A DNA stretch of 64,000 bases from NCBI GenBank assembly GCA_964016885.1, contig OZ024742.1, forward strand, positions 40,610,001-40,674,000, read 5' to 3'. Source of the DNA: Eledone cirrhosa. Lineage: Eukaryota. The notes beneath the pieces are model-generated. The model did no database searches and was not told where the DNA came from. It worked only from the letters and a program-made list of their open reading frames with translations. Shown in pieces: positions 1-14,392 of this stretch. The first letter of the stretch is position 1. The number at the start of each line of letters is the position of its first letter. The position numbers and the translations under genes were made by a program.

Positions 1-1158
1 GACACAGCCAATTTCTTTCAGAGAAAGAAAAAACGAGATATATATGTAGAGAGAGGATGTATCGACACCAGTACAACTGCCAAAAGATGAAATGGGAATT
101 TGAACTCAGGGTGCAGTGAGCTAAAACAAACACCGAGGTACTTTTAATCTGATGCCTTCACAACTCCTTATAGAAGTATACTTGATACAATTTTCCGCCC
201 CCTACTCTAGTATTACTTTGTGGACCGATGAGTGTGTGCGGACTCCAGGCTGGGAACCGCTGTAGAGAAGAACGGATACTCTGTACTATGTGCATATTAT
301 AATTGTAATAAAGTACTTGAAATGTTAATTTAGCTTACGGACCTCCAGTTCTACCTTTATAGACACTTGAGTATCCGCAGACTCCAGGGTAGAAATCGCT
401 ATTCTAGAGATAAATTGTTGGTTGATCTATCATGAATTGTCAGTTCGCCAACAATCACCCACCCAGGGAACAATAAAACGACAATATATGACCAGCTGAT
501 GGAAAACTTATAGATTTATTCTGATTTGAGTTTAGGTCGAAAAATCATTGATGCACTCGGCTATGTTAGTAAAATCTTTACACGTTAACCTTGAGATACT
601 GTTTTGTTGTCTTATTAATTTTTTCCGCAGAAACAAAGAAGAGAAACGACTGATGCGAACGAATTCTCTATATTTAATCAATCTGTGACACAGTTAAATT
701 ATAGCAAATTTTCCCCAAATCTGACTGAATTCCGCCATTTGACTGATGTTATTGTTATCTAAATAGCAAACAAAAGCGTCTTGATTCTAAATTAAAAGCA
801 GAAATTCTTTCTGCGAGCTGAACCTCAATTAAATAAAGACACACTATTTGAATAACTTATTGTTTTCTAAAGACCAACAAAAGAATCATGTCTCTTGGAG
901 AGCATTTCCTAAGCTGACTGGCATTGAACTTAGATAAAACAAAAGATACACACATATATATACGTATGGATGGATGGATACACATACCAATATACATACA
1001 TACGGACGTAGATACATACATACATGTATAAATATATACATGCATACATGTATGCAAACACGCGCACGCACACACACACATACATATATATGTATATATG
1101 TATATATATATATAATTTCTTCCATGTACTGTGCCGTTTGTTTTGTTATGTTTGTTAT

Positions 1159-1700
<542 letters not shown>

Positions 1701-2020
1701 TGTATTTATACTCACTCATCGTTTCACTTTCCAATCACTCCCTCTCTTTTTCTCTCACTGCCCCCCCCCCCCCCCAACCCCTTCCTCCCTATTTCTATTG
1801 TACATGTTACATTCCCCCATTTCCACCACCAGTTGAAAGATTGTTTCATGGACGTTTCTGTTATTTCTGAAATTCTAAACACATTAAAGACAATTTATGT
1901 GTATCAGTTTTCAAAAATACTTGTTTTTATTATTTCAGTATATATTTTGGAGTGATTTTTCGTTTGTTACATCACATTATACGAAGGACCGTTTCATGAA
2001 ATAACATTCAATATATAGAA

Positions 2021-2057
<37 letters not shown>

Positions 2058-2243
2058 GGAACGAGTAGGACCCCGACGGCAGAGCTCAAGCCGTTTCGAC
2101 GGCTAATTCTGAGAATTAGCCATCGAAACGGCTTGAGCTCTGCCGTCGGGGTCCTACTCGTTCCTATTACCCACTCTACTACCCTAAGTATTGAGTACTT
2201 TGGTGCGTTATGGTCCACCTGGTTCCTTACCACATTTCTATCG

Positions 2244-2245
<2 letters not shown>
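2058..2245 (+). mobile_element. Short fold-back PLE-like terminal stub (family P1) in (TA)n
   Basis: Inverted arms ~2058-2110/2111-2165 plus an ~80 bp unpaired tail. Related copies at 3121-3292, 8805-8990, 9050-9222, 19608-19662 and 45094-45237. Confidence 0.6.
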
Positions 2246-2293
<48 letters not shown>

Positions 2294-2294
2294 A

Positions 2295-2343
<49 letters not shown>

Positions 2344-2372
2344 TATATATATATTTATATACAATACTATAT

Positions 2373-3100
<728 letters not shown>

Positions 3101-3120
3101 ATATATATATATATATATAT

Positions 3121-3289
3121 AACGAAGGAAATGTGGTAAGGAACCAGGTGGACCATAACGCACCAAAGTACTCAATACTTGAGGTAGTAGAGTGGGTAAT
3201 AGGAACCAGTAAGACCCCGACAGCTGAGCTAGTCCAGAATTAGCCGTCGTCGAAACGGCTTGAGCTCAGCTGTCGGGGTCTTACTGGTT

Positions 3290-3292
<3 letters not shown>
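3121..3292 (-). mobile_element. Family P1 fold-back stub
   Basis: Reverse-complement similarity to 2111-2245, with short inverted arms. Confidence 0.6.
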
Positions 3293-3327
<35 letters not shown>

Positions 3328-3934
3328 TAGCTGTCTCTAATACGTAAACATCTCAATGAAAGGACAGGATATATTAATAAATTAGCCACCCAGAGAAGTA
3401 TTAAAATATATCAAATTTAAACCAAACTCTCATTTTGGGGAATACAAGCCAAATCGGCTAAAAATAAGTCGGCTCTAACTTATATAATACTCTGAGTATG
3501 GTTTCCCGAAACTCAAGATACAGCATCAGGAATTCCAAGGTATTGGAATAACCAATATTGGAAGAATTAAAGTTCCTTATATATTGTTTAATATAGAAAT
3601 GGCTTCTACAGCTGCACTGAACATGAAACCACGTGGATGCGGAAGTGGACTACTTAAGCATACAGCCATGTCTATCATATACATCAGAGGTGTGCAATAT
3701 ATTCCATTGGCGGCCACTTTTGAACATTGGAACAACTATTAGGGTCATTCATATTTATAAAGTACTATTCCAAAGATTCACCACAATTTCTTTCCATAAC
3801 CTGGAACTGGGAAATGATAATACACATAACCCTATCAATGAAGCCCTTCAGTATAGGTCAACTAACATAAAATTGTATTACGGTTACGAAAAAAATTCTA
3901 AATAAGCCTACAAGGTAAAAATTATTAATAGTTA

Positions 3935-4002
3935 TCGCGGGTCGCTCTGACTGGTCTGGCGGACCGAATTGTGGCCCGCGGGCCGCCTGTTACACGCCCC
4001 TG
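3935..4002 (+). mobile_element. hAT-like DNA transposon terminus
   Basis: ggcccgcgggccg...cccctg, typical of hAT/Charlie-type ends. Confidence 0.45.
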
Positions 4003-4019
4003 ATATACATATACATATA

Positions 4020-4050
4020 CTGATGAAGGGCTTATGCCCGAAACGTCGCC
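4020..4050 (+). ncRNA. Minimal type I hammerhead ribozyme core (PLE type), stem I 5' strand truncated
   Basis: CTGATGA-a-GGGC-ttat-GCCC-GAAA-CGTC. Palindromic ACGT stem III and GUC cleavage triplet. Related copy at 41048-41075. Confidence 0.7.
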
Positions 4051-4289
4051 CCCACCACCACTCTCAAGCGTGAACCTAATACCTAACACTTTCGTAACTG
4101 TACTTCTTGTTATTTACTTTTATATATATATATGTGAGAAAAACCACAGACCCTCCATCTCAACTCTACTTTTGAAAATCAGAAAAACTGCGAAACCGGT
4201 AAAGGAACCAAATAAATATATATATATTTTTTTAAATAAGACTCCAGTTGCATTTTCGATTTCATCTTTTTTTCTTTATATATATATAC

Positions 4290-4915
4290 ATTTCCTGGAA
4301 GTACTCAAACTGAACGTATACACGACATCCACCACAAACCGTGCCAGAAAGAACAGTGGACACCACACCCGAGGCACTAACACTTGCTTCCTGAAGCTCC
4401 CACACTCAGTGACGAAACAACAACAGCCATCTGCAGAGCTATCAGACGAGAGGGACTAGATATCCAACTGGCCCACTCAGGTCTTTCTCTACGCGGACAG
4501 CTAACCAAAAGACACTCCACCAGACATGACAACTGCTGCAGGCTAGCCAACTGCCCCATCAACGACACAGACCTATGCCACCAGGCTTACGTCGTATACA
4601 GACTAGAGTGTGACAAATGCAGCAACTTCTACGTAGGTAGCACCACCAGACCACTCCACATAAGAATAAAAGAACACCTCAATACTAACGCTTCCTCATT
4701 TAAGAAACACCTAGTTAAATGCAAAAACACCGACAAAACCATAAAAGTTAGGATAGAAACTAAGGAAAGAAACCTCGGCAATCTTAGAATTAAGGAAGCA
4801 CTAATTATAGACAAAACACAACCACCAATCAATAATAGACGAGAACTCAACACCCAATTTATAACTTGATAGAGCATCTAGCCCCATATTTACACACACC
4901 CCTCCCACACACACG

Positions 4916-4951
<36 letters not shown>

Positions 4952-5422
4952 TACACATCCACTTATTCTCTCTCTCACACACACACATTCACACACAAAG
5001 ACCAGTTCTAACACGAGATAACATCTATCCCCCACATTTACGTATAGACATATCTTCTCACACTCACACACACACACTCACATACTTACACCTTCACGCA
5101 TTCTCCCACACACTTAAACAGGCATGTACAAAAAAAAACTTTTAAAGGAGGACTACTCTTTATCCACCTAACCTTAACTCTTTGACATTAGAGATAGAAC
5201 AGATACTCTATACCATTTACTGTCAGCATGACTTGGCAAGCTATTTAGAACACTGGTTTAACCGCTTTACTTCCCTCCGAAGAAGAGATATTATCTCGAA
5301 AATTAAGGACATATAAATAAATCTAAGATAAAAGACTAATTGTCAACAATATCTTTTGCATTTGCATTCTTTATTCCTTGTCCATACCTGCATTGTTTTG
5401 GCTTTATTGTACATATACAAAC

Positions 5423-5425
<3 letters not shown>
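4290..5425 (+). mobile_element. 5'-truncated Penelope-like element: GIY-YIG endonuclease plus 3' region
   Basis: ORF 4384-4869 has VVYRLECDKC..FYVGSTTRPLHIRIKEH..IKEALII...INNRRE (GIY-YIG). Hammerhead-like motif at 5274-5308. Confidence 0.85.
5274..5308 (+). ncRNA. Hammerhead-like motif in PLE 3' region
   Basis: cct-CCGAAGA-a-GAGATA-t-TATCTC-GAAA-ATTA-agg: variant core with stem I cct/agg. Confidence 0.55.
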
Positions 5426-5510
<85 letters not shown>

Positions 5511-5513
<3 letters not shown>

Positions 5514-5933
5514 GTAGGAGGTGAGTTTTATTGTAGTTCAATAAAGTAATGCAGATATCGGATAAGAAGCACTCTACAGTTTGTAGGACTGGAGTATACA
5601 TAATATATAAGAACAAAAGATGGTTAAAAGAGTTCCATGTATTTTATTATGCGCATTTCAAAAACAAATATCATCATGCAATAATATTTGTGTTTTCATC
5701 AGATAAAACAGGAAGACATGATATGAAGGTTAAAAAACACTTGTGGATAGTGCAGTTTTAAATCAACATATATATGTTGATTTAAAACTGTACTATCCAC
5801 AAGTGTTTTTCAACCTTCATATCATGTCTTCCTGTTTTATCTGATGAAAACACAAATATTATTGCATGATGATATTTGTTTTTGAAATGCGCATAATAAA
5901 ATACATGGAACTCTTTTAACCATCTTTTGTTCT

Positions 5934-5945
<12 letters not shown>
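5511..5945 (-). mobile_element. Fold-back stub with near-perfect ~340 bp palindrome plus tail
   Basis: Arms 5599-5770/5771-5945 centred on aatcaacatatatatgttgatt. Flanked by (TA)n. Confidence 0.6.
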
Positions 5946-5992
<47 letters not shown>

Positions 5993-6063
5993 GATTAAAC
6001 CAGTATTAAACTAGTTGAACAATTATTCAACAGAGTACTCGATACGTGGGATAGTAAAGTGTG

Positions 6064-6208
<145 letters not shown>

Positions 6209-6361
6209 CATATGTGTGTATGTGTGTGTGTGTTAGGTAATTCGGAAGAAAAAGCAAAGGAAAAAAGAGTGCTCTATGTATAGAACAGAGTTATTTCTCC
6301 AGCTTTACTTCCAATTTTTAACAGATTTTAAATCTCATTTCATATTTTCTATCCATAATAT

Positions 6362-6429
6362 CTCTGCCTGATGAACGATCCAGACGTATATTAATATTGT
6401 CTGGGATCCAGAAACCTTTGGTAATGGAG
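6362..6429 (+). ncRNA. Hammerhead-like motif, degenerate stem I
   Basis: CTGATGA 6368-6374, stem II cagac/gtctg, GAAA 6411-6414, CC-ttt-GG-TA. Confidence 0.5.
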
Positions 6430-6495
6430 TAGTTATATTTTGTGTTGTTCACTTTCTAAATAATATATTTATAGAGAGAGAAATCATCAGGAATT

Positions 6496-6540
6496 AGATT
6501 CCTGATGATTTCTCAAGAATGAAACAGTCCTGTAGAATCT
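6496..6540 (+). ncRNA. Complete type I hammerhead ribozyme motif
   Basis: Stem I AGATTC/GAATCT, CTGATGA, stem II ttct/agaa, GAAA, stem III ACAG/CTGT, GUA cleavage after 6534. Confidence 0.75.
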
Positions 6541-6603
6541 CATCTATATTAAAACTTTTATACTCTAATATGTATTGAGTACCTTACTTACTGTGGTTAC
6601 CTC

Positions 6604-6803
6604 NNNNNNNNNNNNNNNNNNNNNNNNNNNNNNNNNNNNNNNNNNNNNNNNNNNNNNNNNNNNNNNNNNNNNNNNNNNNNNNNNNNNNNNNNNNNNNNNN
6701 NNNNNNNNNNNNNNNNNNNNNNNNNNNNNNNNNNNNNNNNNNNNNNNNNNNNNNNNNNNNNNNNNNNNNNNNNNNNNNNNNNNNNNNNNNNNNNNNNNNN
6801 NNN
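6604..6803. other. Assembly gap (200 N)
   Basis: Run of N. Confidence 1.
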
Positions 6804-6891
6804 GGAAGTTGTTTTTCGCTAATTTCCAATAGCCGAAATGTGATTCTCGTTAATTTGTATTTGTACATATATATAATATATATATATATTA

Positions 6892-7562
6892 TTAAGCCCT
6901 AGGAAAGGAAAATGCTTCTCTGATGAGCTTTGGTTTTCCATAAAAAATCCATCGGATTTATGAGGTTTTACAAAGCGAAACTGATCAGTAAGGGCCACTA
7001 CGTGAGGTAAATATTTATATTATATTTTTTAATGTATTTTAAAAAATTGATTGAATTTTACTTGTTCTGCTTATCTTAATATTAAAGTTCTGGTGTATCA
7101 AATTAATACCATTGAACAACCTTGAATCATAGACAACCTATGTATTTCTGGGGGTACCTAGTATCCCTGGACATATTAACTTCAATCATTTTCTCAGTCA
7201 TGTTGAGAACAAATCTGTTGTTCTATTTAGCTGCTATTTTTTTTAGTAGTAATTGTAGACAGCAAGTCTTTGATTTTCCCGCTTTTACTTCGGTCCAGTT
7301 TACATACGGGTCACTTTTACGACCTTTCAGACCTTTATTTGCTGGCAGGAGGTTATATATTTTGTCATTCCTGGGACGTTTAGCCCTAGGAAAGGAAAAT
7401 GCTTCTCTGATGAGCTTTGGTTTTCCATCAAAAATCCATCGGATTTATGAGGTTTTACAAAGCGAAACTGATCAGTAAGGGCCACTAGGAGAGGTAAATA
7501 TTTATATTATATTTTTTAATGTATTTTAAAAAATTGATTGAATTTTACTTGTTCTGCTTATC

Positions 7563-7568
<6 letters not shown>
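6892..7568 (+). mobile_element. Non-coding element with two ~190 bp direct repeats, each carrying a hammerhead (retrozyme or non-autonomous PLE candidate)
   Basis: 6892-7085 matches 7380-7568. CTGATGA at 6920 and 7407; GAAA-CTGATCAGTA at 6977-6990 and 7464-7477. Flanked by (TA)n. Confidence 0.65.
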
Positions 7569-7635
<67 letters not shown>

Positions 7636-7638
<3 letters not shown>

Positions 7639-7977
7639 AAAGTGAGGTTTTTTTTTACAAAATGAAAAATAACCGAGGTGTCCTACACGAGTGAAAGTAT
7701 AAGGAAAAAAGATGAAATTGAAAATGCAACTGGTGTCTTATTTTTTTTTAAATATATATATTTATTTGGTTCCTTTACTGGTTTCGCAGTTCTTCTGCTT
7801 TTCAAAAGTAGAGTTGAGATGGGGGGGGGGGGGTCAGTGGTTTTTCTCACATCTGTGGTTTTTCTCACATTTTTGAAAAGCAGAAGAACTGCGAAACCGG
7901 TAAAGGAACCAAATAAATATATATATTTTTTAAAAAATAAGACACCAGTTGCATTTTCGATTTCATCTTTTTTCCTT
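7636..7977. mobile_element. Fold-back stub (family shared with 4135-4277)
   Basis: 7700-7806 is the inverse of 7871-7977. The same sequence occurs at 4135-4277. Confidence 0.55.
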
Positions 7978-7988
7978 ATATATATATA

Positions 7989-8187
7989 TACAGTATATAG
8001 AGGGGAAAGACACAGTAGCTTATATTATCTTCACGCTGGTGGTTTGAAATTCCTGTAATGAAAAACACACTCTTGTGTCTTTCCCCTCTATATATTGTAT
8101 TTTAAAGTGCCCAGGAAAACTATTTTCTTTGAGCTCATTTAATTACAGGATTATACGTGAGCCCTTTGCTCCGTTATTTTTACTATT
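7989..8187 (+). mobile_element. Fold-back stub related to family P2
   Basis: Short inverted arms (agaggggaaagacaca / tgtgtctttcccctct) and a tail resembling 3010-3100. Confidence 0.5.
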
Positions 8188-8519
8188 TATATATATATAT
8201 ATAAAAACAACAGATTAAAGTTTAAGCAAAGAATCGCTGCTTTCACTCTTAACGGGATCTTCTGAAATTAAAACAAATCAATCTGTGAACGCCGAAGTAA
8301 ACATTTCGAAAAACGTTGCAACCGAAGGAAGACAGGAAGACGATACTTTGGTTCGTGGAAACGTTCCCTGGCAAAGAACGGGAAAAAACGAAGATAATAC
8401 GTCATTATGTGGAGCGTTGAGAACAATTACACGCAAAGACAAAACCACGTTTATGGTATAACTGAAGTCGTAGACTAAAATTCTATTTAGGAACCGAATG
8501 ATTCTCGGCTTCAGAGTTA

Positions 8520-8625
8520 ATAATTGTTTCTACTTTTGGCACAAGGCCAGCAATCACCCAGTACATTACTAGTACTTTATTTTATCGACCCCGTAAGGAT
8601 GAAAGGCAAAGTTAACCTTGGCGGG
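8520..8625 (-). mobile_element. tRNA-derived SINE fragment (family S1)
   Basis: Reverse complement of the 3' half of 21095-21285. Confidence 0.75.
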
Positions 8626-8748
8626 TTAATAATGTAAATAAATTACAGAGGTAATTGAAATCAACTAAAATTACGGTTCTTATATATTTGATATATATTT
8701 ATCCTTATCGAGCCCTCTTTGGATTTTAGTCTCCAAATTTATTATTAT

Positions 8749-8804
<56 letters not shown>

Positions 8805-9222
8805 CAAAGAACAAAGAAAGTGTTGTAAGGAACTAGGTGGACAATAACGCACGAGAGTACTCAATACTTAGGGTAATAGTGTGGGTAACAGGAAAAGAGT
8901 CAGGACCCCGACGGCTGAGCTCCGGCCGTTTCGGATCTAGTTGTCGAAACGGCCGGAGCTCATCCGTCGGGGTCCTGACTCTTTTCTATTTCTGTTTACC
9001 TCTTACATACATATATATAATATATATATATATTTAGAGAGAGAGAGAGGAAAAGGTTCAGGACTACGACGGCAGAGCTCAAGCCGTTTCGACAATTATT
9101 TCTGGACTTGAGCTCTGCCGTCGGGGTCCTGAATCGTTTCCTATTACCCACTCTACTACCCAAAGTATCGAGTACTCTGGTGCGTTATGGTCCACCTGGT
9201 TCCTTACCACACTTTCTTCGTT
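8805..9222. mobile_element. Two family P1 fold-back stubs in opposite orientation
   Basis: 8805-8990 (-) and 9050-9222 (+) both resemble 2058-2245. Confidence 0.6.
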
Positions 9223-9236
9223 ATATATATCAATAA

Positions 9237-9289
<53 letters not shown>

Positions 9290-9321
9290 GATATCATATA
9301 TATATAGTAACATATATAATG

Positions 9322-9508
9322 ATAATTGTTTCTACGTTAGGCACAAGGCCAGCAATTACCCAGTGTATTACTGGTACTTTATTTTATGGACCCCGAAAGG
9401 ATGAAAGGCAAAGTTAACCTCGGTGGGATTTGAACTGAGAATGACAAGAGCCGTAACTCTATGCGTCAAAGCATGGCGTTCGACCCTCTACCGTTACTGC
9501 CAATCCAC
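9322..9508 (-). mobile_element. tRNA-derived SINE (family S1)
   Basis: Reverse complement of 21095-21285. Confidence 0.8.
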
Positions 9509-9630
9509 GTGTGTGTGTGTGCGTGTGTTCGTGCGTGTGTGTGATCAACGCGAACCCGCGAAATTCAGAGAAGCAACAGAGTGTAATCTCAGCAAAATAT
9601 ACACATAAATACATATACGTGATATATGTT

Positions 9631-9760
<130 letters not shown>

Positions 9761-10035
9761 ATACTACCACACGCGTGTGTCGAGAATATTAAACTAACTA
9801 CTGGTAGCATTATAAACGTGAGGGAATGTGTCTTTTATATTTCTAAAAACATAACAGACACACACATGTACATATATATATACATACACACACACATATA
9901 TATACATACACACACACACATATATACATACACACACACACATATATATATACACACACACACATATATATATACACACACACACACATATATATATAAA
10001 TATATATAAATATATATATATATGAATATATATAA

Positions 10036-11535
10036 ATAAGCCATGTATAAAGAAACAGTCAGCAAGGTTAGAATTAACAACGAATATAGTGAAGAGTTTA
10101 GCGTAAAAGTTGGCGTCCATCAGGGCTCTGTTCTCAGCCCCCTACTATTTATTATTGCCCTTCAGGCTATAACAGAGGAGTTCAAGACAGGCTGCCCATG
10201 GGAACTCCTATACGCAGACGACCTGACACTCATAGCGGAATCAATGGCCGAGCTAGAGAAGAAATTCCAAACATGGAAGCACGGCCTAGAGTCAAAAGGA
10301 CTTAAAATTAACCTGGCTAAGACCAAAGTTCTAGTTTGTAGGAAAGAAAACAAGGCGGCGGTCCCTTCTGGGAAATGGTCGTGCTCGGTATGTAGGAAAG
10401 GCGTAGGTAGAAACTCCATCTTATGTCCTAAATGCAAAGTATGGGTTCATAAAAGATGTAGTGGGATCACAGGTAAGCTAACTAAGAACATAGACTTTAC
10501 ATGTGGCCGATGTTCTGGTGCAATAAGTAGCAGCAAGTGCCCACAAAATACTAGCTCTTTCAATTGCGCAGAGGGTTCTATAGAAATAGTGGACAGCTTC
10601 CGTTACCTGGGCGATAAAATCAGCAGTGGGGGAGGGTGCTCTGAAAGTACTGTAGCTAGAGTCAGAACTGGTTGGAAAAAGTTCAGAGAGCTTATACCAC
10701 TATTAGCTGCTAAAGGGTTCTCCCTAAAAATGAAAGGCAGGTTGTACGATGCCTGCATACGAACAGCAATGTTGCATGGTAGTGAGACCTGGGCATTGTG
10801 TGCAGAGGATATACGCAGACTAGAGAGGAACGAAGCTTGCATGCTCCGCTGGATGTGTAACAGTAATATACGTGAACGGCAAAGCATAAACGAACTAAGG
10901 AAAAAATTAGAGATAAGAGGGATCAGATGTTGTTTACTCGAGAGAAGGCTGCGTTGGTATGGACACGTGATGCGCATGAAAGTCGATAGCTGTATTACAA
11001 AGTGCAGGGCAATAAAGATAGACGGTAGCCACGGAATAGGCAGACCTAGAAAAACCTGGGATGAGCTGATAAACTCCGACCTCACACACTTACACCTCTC
11101 CAAGACAATGTCACTGGACCGAGACCTTTGGCGGTACTCAGTAACAGAGAAGACCCGCCTTGCCAGTAGGCATCTCTAACAAACTACACCCCGTCCCGCC
11201 ACCACCCCCACCCCATCCACACCACCCCGTTCCATGTAAAGTTATGTTGGTGCCGCGCCATCCAGGCCGAAACAAACGAGATCGTGTAGGTGTCACGACA
11301 AAAAAACACACAGTCCACGCTGTAATGTGGCCGTGTAGGCAACACGGTAAAAACCTCCCAGACCCACACTGTAAATGTGGTTGGTGTTAGGAAGGGCATC
11401 CAACTGTAGAAAACCTGCCAGACAGTCCTATGCGAGCAAGACAATCACTCTTGCCTCAAGTGGGACTACCCCCGTCCAAACCCATGCAAGCGTGGAACAC
11501 GGACGTTAAACGTTGATGATGATGATGATGATGAT
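10036..11535 (+). mobile_element. 5'-truncated RTE-clade LINE
   Basis: ORF 10043-11179: GVHQGSVLSPLLF, LLYADD, FRYLG, RRLRWYGHVMR, GRPRKTW. 3' UTR ends in (GAT)n. Confidence 0.92.
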
Positions 11536-11633
11536 ATATATATAAATAAATATATATAAATATATATATATAAATATATATATATAAATAAATATATATA
11601 AATAAATATATATAAATAAATATATATATCTAT

Positions 11634-11677
<44 letters not shown>

Positions 11678-11779
11678 TTATATATATCTATATATATATA
11701 TATATTTATATATATTTATATATATATTTATATATATATATAAATATATATATAAATATATATATATTATATGTGTGTG

Positions 11780-12050
11780 TGTGTATCTATATATATGTAT
11801 GTGTGTGTGTATGTATATATATATGTATTGTGTATGTACATGTGTGTGTATGTGTGTGTGTATATATATATATATGTATTGTGTATGTACATGTGTGTGT
11901 ATGTGTGTGTGTATATATATATATATGTATTGTGTATGTACATGTGTGTGTATGTGTGTGTGTATATATATATATATGTATTGTGTATGTACATGTGTGT
12001 GTATGTGTGTGTGTATGTATATATATATGTATTGTGTATGTACATGTGTG
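11780..12050. repeat. ~58 bp minisatellite built from TA/TG runs
   Basis: tatgtattgtgtatgtacatgtgtgtgtatg recurs 4-5 times. Confidence 0.8.
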
Positions 12051-12150
12051 TGTCTGTTATGTTTTTAGAAATATAAAAGACACATTCCCTCACGTTTATA
12101 ATGCTACCAGTAGTTACTTTAATATTCTCGACACACGCGTGTGGTAGTAT

Positions 12151-12194
<44 letters not shown>

Positions 12195-12360
12195 AACATA
12201 TATCACGTATATGTATTTATGTGTATATTTTGCTGAGATTACACTCTGTTGCTTCTCTGAATTTCTCTGAATTTCGCGGGTTCGCGTTGATCACACACAC
12301 GCACGAACACACACATACACACGCACACGAACACACACACGTATATATATATATATATAT

Positions 12361-12785
12361 ACGATATTAACAAATGGAAACTATATTTATAAAACCATAT
12401 TTATTTCATTATACATATTTCAAGGACACCAAGTTAAATTATGGTGTGCTTTCATCAGATAAAATATAATATAGATCAGTTTTATAAATAAATATTGACA
12501 TACCCTTAAAGAATGCAACCATTGCTGTTGGAAGCTCCCAGATAGCTCCTTTAAGGGTATGTCAATATTTATTTATAAAACTGATCTATATTATATTTTA
12601 TCTGATGAAAGCACACCATAATTTAACTTGGTGTCCTTGAAATATGTATAATGAAATAAATATGGTTTTATAAATAAAGTTTCCATTTGTTAATATCGTA
12701 TTTTTACTCCAAATATTTGTTGAGTGCTTTATATCAGTTATAAAAATATTTGCTTGTTGTATCCCAACAATTTAAATAGAACTTT

Positions 12786-12788
<3 letters not shown>
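12361..12788 (+). mobile_element. Fold-back stub with ~150 bp arms plus tail
   Basis: 12361-12510 is the inverse of 12549-12700. Flanked by (TA)n. Confidence 0.6.
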
Positions 12789-12826
<38 letters not shown>

Positions 12827-13474
12827 GTGTTTACGTGTGTGCAGATAGGTGCGTATATGTGTGCACGCGTAGACAGAATTATAGAAGTTTTATATGCGTG
12901 TGCGCATGTTTTGTTGTGTGATCGCATGTGTTGTTGTATGTATGTATGTATGCATGCATGCATGTGCGTATATATCTATACGCACACAACCACACATGAT
13001 GTTATGCATAAAGTATTATTATATCTATACACTATAATGAAATAGTTAAATCTAGCTCTTGATATACACACACACACAGACACACAAACATACACATATA
13101 CACATACACACATATATATATACATATGCACACACGCAAACACATATATATATTTTACCGAAATTATCAAAGAAAAGTGTATGGTAATATAATATGTATA
13201 TAAATATGTGTCTGTGTGTGCGCGTGTATTTATACACGCGGGTAAACAAGATGCGTTGACTAACGAAGCATTGTGAAATTTTTATATTTTAATATATAGT
13301 GACCACAATGCAGATAACTATAATAATAGTTGTATCAGTTGCTTAAAGTACCTCCTTTTTTTCTATCCCCATCTCCAGAAGTACTTTATCCAATTTATTC
13401 AACTATTAGTGTGGTTAAATGCATTGGAGAAACTATATTTTCATATATATATATATATATATTTATTTATTTAT

Positions 13475-13636
13475 TAAAATAACATATTAAAGTTTAAGCA
13501 AAGAATCGCTGCTTTCACCCTAAAGCAGCGATTCTTTGCTTAAACTTTAGTCTGTTATTTGAATAAATATTATTTGATATATATTTATCCTTATTGAGCC
13601 CTCTTTGGATTTTAGTCTTCAAATTTATTATTATTA

Positions 13637-13640
<4 letters not shown>
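13475..13640 (+). mobile_element. Fold-back stub (family shared with 8203-8270 and 8680-8750)
   Basis: Arms aaagtttaagcaaagaatcgctgcttt / aaagcagcgattctttgcttaaacttt plus tail. Confidence 0.6.
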
Positions 13641-13692
<52 letters not shown>

Positions 13693-13724
13693 ATATATAC
13701 ACATATATATATATATCCATATAT

Positions 13725-13785
<61 letters not shown>

Positions 13786-14343
13786 TATATATATATCACA
13801 GGTGACTTTTTGTTTTGGGTCATAATTTTTTTTTTTCTCTTGTATTTACATTTGCTTCAGTTGGTACCATAATGAATGTTGTCCGACGTTAACGTATGTC
13901 ACTCATCCTGCTAGCAATAGGAGCTAAATTTCGCTCACCTTAAATAGTTTTAAGAAAACTTTTTTTTAGATGTTCATTATATAGCCGTGAAGCTGAATAA
14001 GGAAGATATATATATATATATGGTTTTATATATATGGTTTTATAAAGATATTTTCCATTTATTAATATTATTGATTTTTATATACCAGGAGCGGTGAAAG
14101 CATTTCTGAATTGAGGGGGGGGGGGGGGGGGCAGATTTTGTTAATTTAGTTATAGTGATTAGTTTAGCTGTTATTATCAAATAAAAAATTTCGATATGCG
14201 ATAAACATAACATGTACATAAATTGTAGTGAATATACAGATAGTGAATATACAGATAGTTGTGTGATTTGGTAGTTTGGGGAGAAAAATACAATTTGGGG
14301 GGGGGGGGGCTCTATGCGGCTCCTAATCCCACAGTTCCTCCGT

Positions 14344-14392
<49 letters not shown>

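Noticed and set aside
11780-12050. CRISPR-like repeat-spacer pattern
   Set aside because: Eukaryotic low-complexity minisatellite with no unique spacers and no cas genes.
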